Shown here one piece after another: positions 63,058 through 64,000 of a stretch of 64,000 nucleotides of DNA. Each line of letters begins with the position of its first letter. The stretch's first letter is position 1. A program made the position numbers and the translations under genes. This DNA comes from a virus, in IMG/VR virus record IMGVR_UViG_3300042402_001868, positions 64,001 to 128,000 of that record. One strand, given 5' to 3'. Below the pieces are notes generated by a model. That model was not told where the DNA came from. It did not search any database and saw only the letters and a program-made list of their open reading frames with translations.

Positions 63058-63650
63058 GGTATAATTTTAATTTTACGTAGATCTGGATAATCTACTGGGA
63101 TTGGCTTTGGCCGATTTGTCTTGACGCCTTCTAGTAATGCAAGTCCTTGTTGAGCTTCTTCTATAGTGGGTTTATAGTGATACCCAACTCGGAATACTTG
63201 TTGTGATTCCCAGGGCTCGATGGTTAAATCTCTGCCGTCGTAACGCTGAGCCAACATGGTATCGTATGCTTCAACATCGTCTAACAAGATAGCACCACCA
63301 CGACCAATGTGTAAGGGCTTGCCATGTCCAAAACTCAAGCAGGTCAGTGTGTCTGGACGATACATATCTTGTTCGAGTCTGCGAGCACTGTCCCAAATAC
63401 GTGTTTCGAGTATGGGATATTCTCCGACCCAACGTTGCCAGGCATGATCAAGATATTCATATTCAATGCCCAACTTGTGCATAGTCATTGGTATGCTCAA
63501 GTATGTGTAAGGTTGCATCTTACAATGTTTAACTTGCTCGTATCGCAAACACATCTCAATGGCATGCGTACAACAATCGGTCATGATTGCATATGGCGCA
63601 CCGGTAAACTCTGCTAGAGCTTGTTCAAACTGCAGGATCTTGTCAAACAT
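63054..63650 (-). CDS. Short DegT/StrS-family PLP protein (198 aa)
   Basis: FE..LA.F.G..YA, TYLS, DSA and LSFGHGKPL..GRGGAIL. Confidence 0.8.
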   Translation of the reverse strand: MFDKILQFEQALAEFTGAPYAIMTDCCTHAIEMCLRYEQVKHCKMQPYTYLSIPMTMHKLGIEYEYLDHAWQRWVGEYPILETRIWDSARRLEQDMYRPDTLTCLSFGHGKPLHIGRGGAILLDDVEAYDTMLAQRYDGRDLTIEPWESQQVFRVGYHYKPTIEEAQQGLALLEGVKTNRPKPIPVDYPDLRKIKIIP

Positions 63651-64000
63651 TGTACCAGTTCCATGCGTGTTGGATTGTATCAGTAAGAGTGTACCTTTTC
63701 CACTCTCCAGCTACTTCGGTAAATTTACCTGGTTCGGCGGTCAGCACTGGAGGATCACCCGCACGAGCAGGACCAGTTACGACGTTGACAGTTTTACTGG
63801 TAACAGCTTCTGCGGCTGTGATAATCTCTCGGTTGCTAACACCAGTGTTGCTGCCAAGATTGTAAACACCTGATGGAATTTTGTTATCAAGTGCCAGCAC
63901 ATGCGCACAAGCAATATCTTCCACGTGGACGTAATCTCGAATGCACGTGCCATCTCTAGTTGGATAGTCTATACCATTGAGTGTAAACTCTTGATCATTC
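63643..64000 (-). CDS. galE: UDP-glucose 4-epimerase, C-terminal part (gene starts beyond the window)
   Basis: GIDYPTRDGTCIRDYVHVEDIACAH, YNLGS and RAGDPPVL.A. Confidence 0.9.
   Translation of the reverse strand, partial: NDQEFTLNGIDYPTRDGTCIRDYVHVEDIACAHVLALDNKIPSGVYNLGSNTGVSNREIITAAEAVTSKTVNVVTGPARAGDPPVLTAEPGKFTEVAGEWKRYTLTDTIQHAWNWYNV

Noticed and set aside
892-63873. Numerous short antisense or nested ORFs in the track
   Set aside because: They are shadows of well-supported genes, with no RBS or motif support seen.
1-64000. Alternative genetic code (stop-codon recoding)
   Set aside because: Conserved enzymes are full length in code 11, all three stops are used, and no CUA or UCA anticodon tRNA was found.

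Overview
A 64-kb segment of a large lytic dsDNA tailed phage, probably a T4-like or 'huge' freshwater phage. The host is inferred to be betaproteobacterial from a Bug/TctC protein, ahpC-ahpD and the tmRNA tag ANDEQFALAA. Genes are tightly packed, use the standard code and are mostly on the minus strand. No virion, integrase, rRNA or CRISPR genes are visible. 1-19 kb: a glycan/small-molecule tailoring island with 5 radical-SAM genes, a carbamoyltransferase, an amidinotransferase, a DegT aminotransferase, an epimerase, GT-like proteins and a 1203-aa repeat protein. 19-37 kb: thyX, a MoxR+VWA pair, Bug, a phage rpoZ, ADP-heptose genes, ahpCD and a second amidinotransferase. 37.7-50.7 kb: a translation island with 25 tRNAs (all 20 amino acids, one per decoding box, plus fMet and Ile2), a two-piece tmRNA, at least 7 unexplained structured RNA-like elements, an rrn-like tandem-promoter/boxB-boxA leader, and a candidate leader-peptide transcription attenuator directly upstream of tRNA-Trp. 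50.7-54 kb: small early genes behind near-consensus sigma70 promoters, including an exact 60-bp promoter-RBS duplication. 54-64 kb: an RNase H/FEN nuclease and folE-queD-queE interleaved with glycosyl-, methyl- and SGNH-type transferases. All calls come from motif recognition and hand base-pairing; no searches or folding programs were run.
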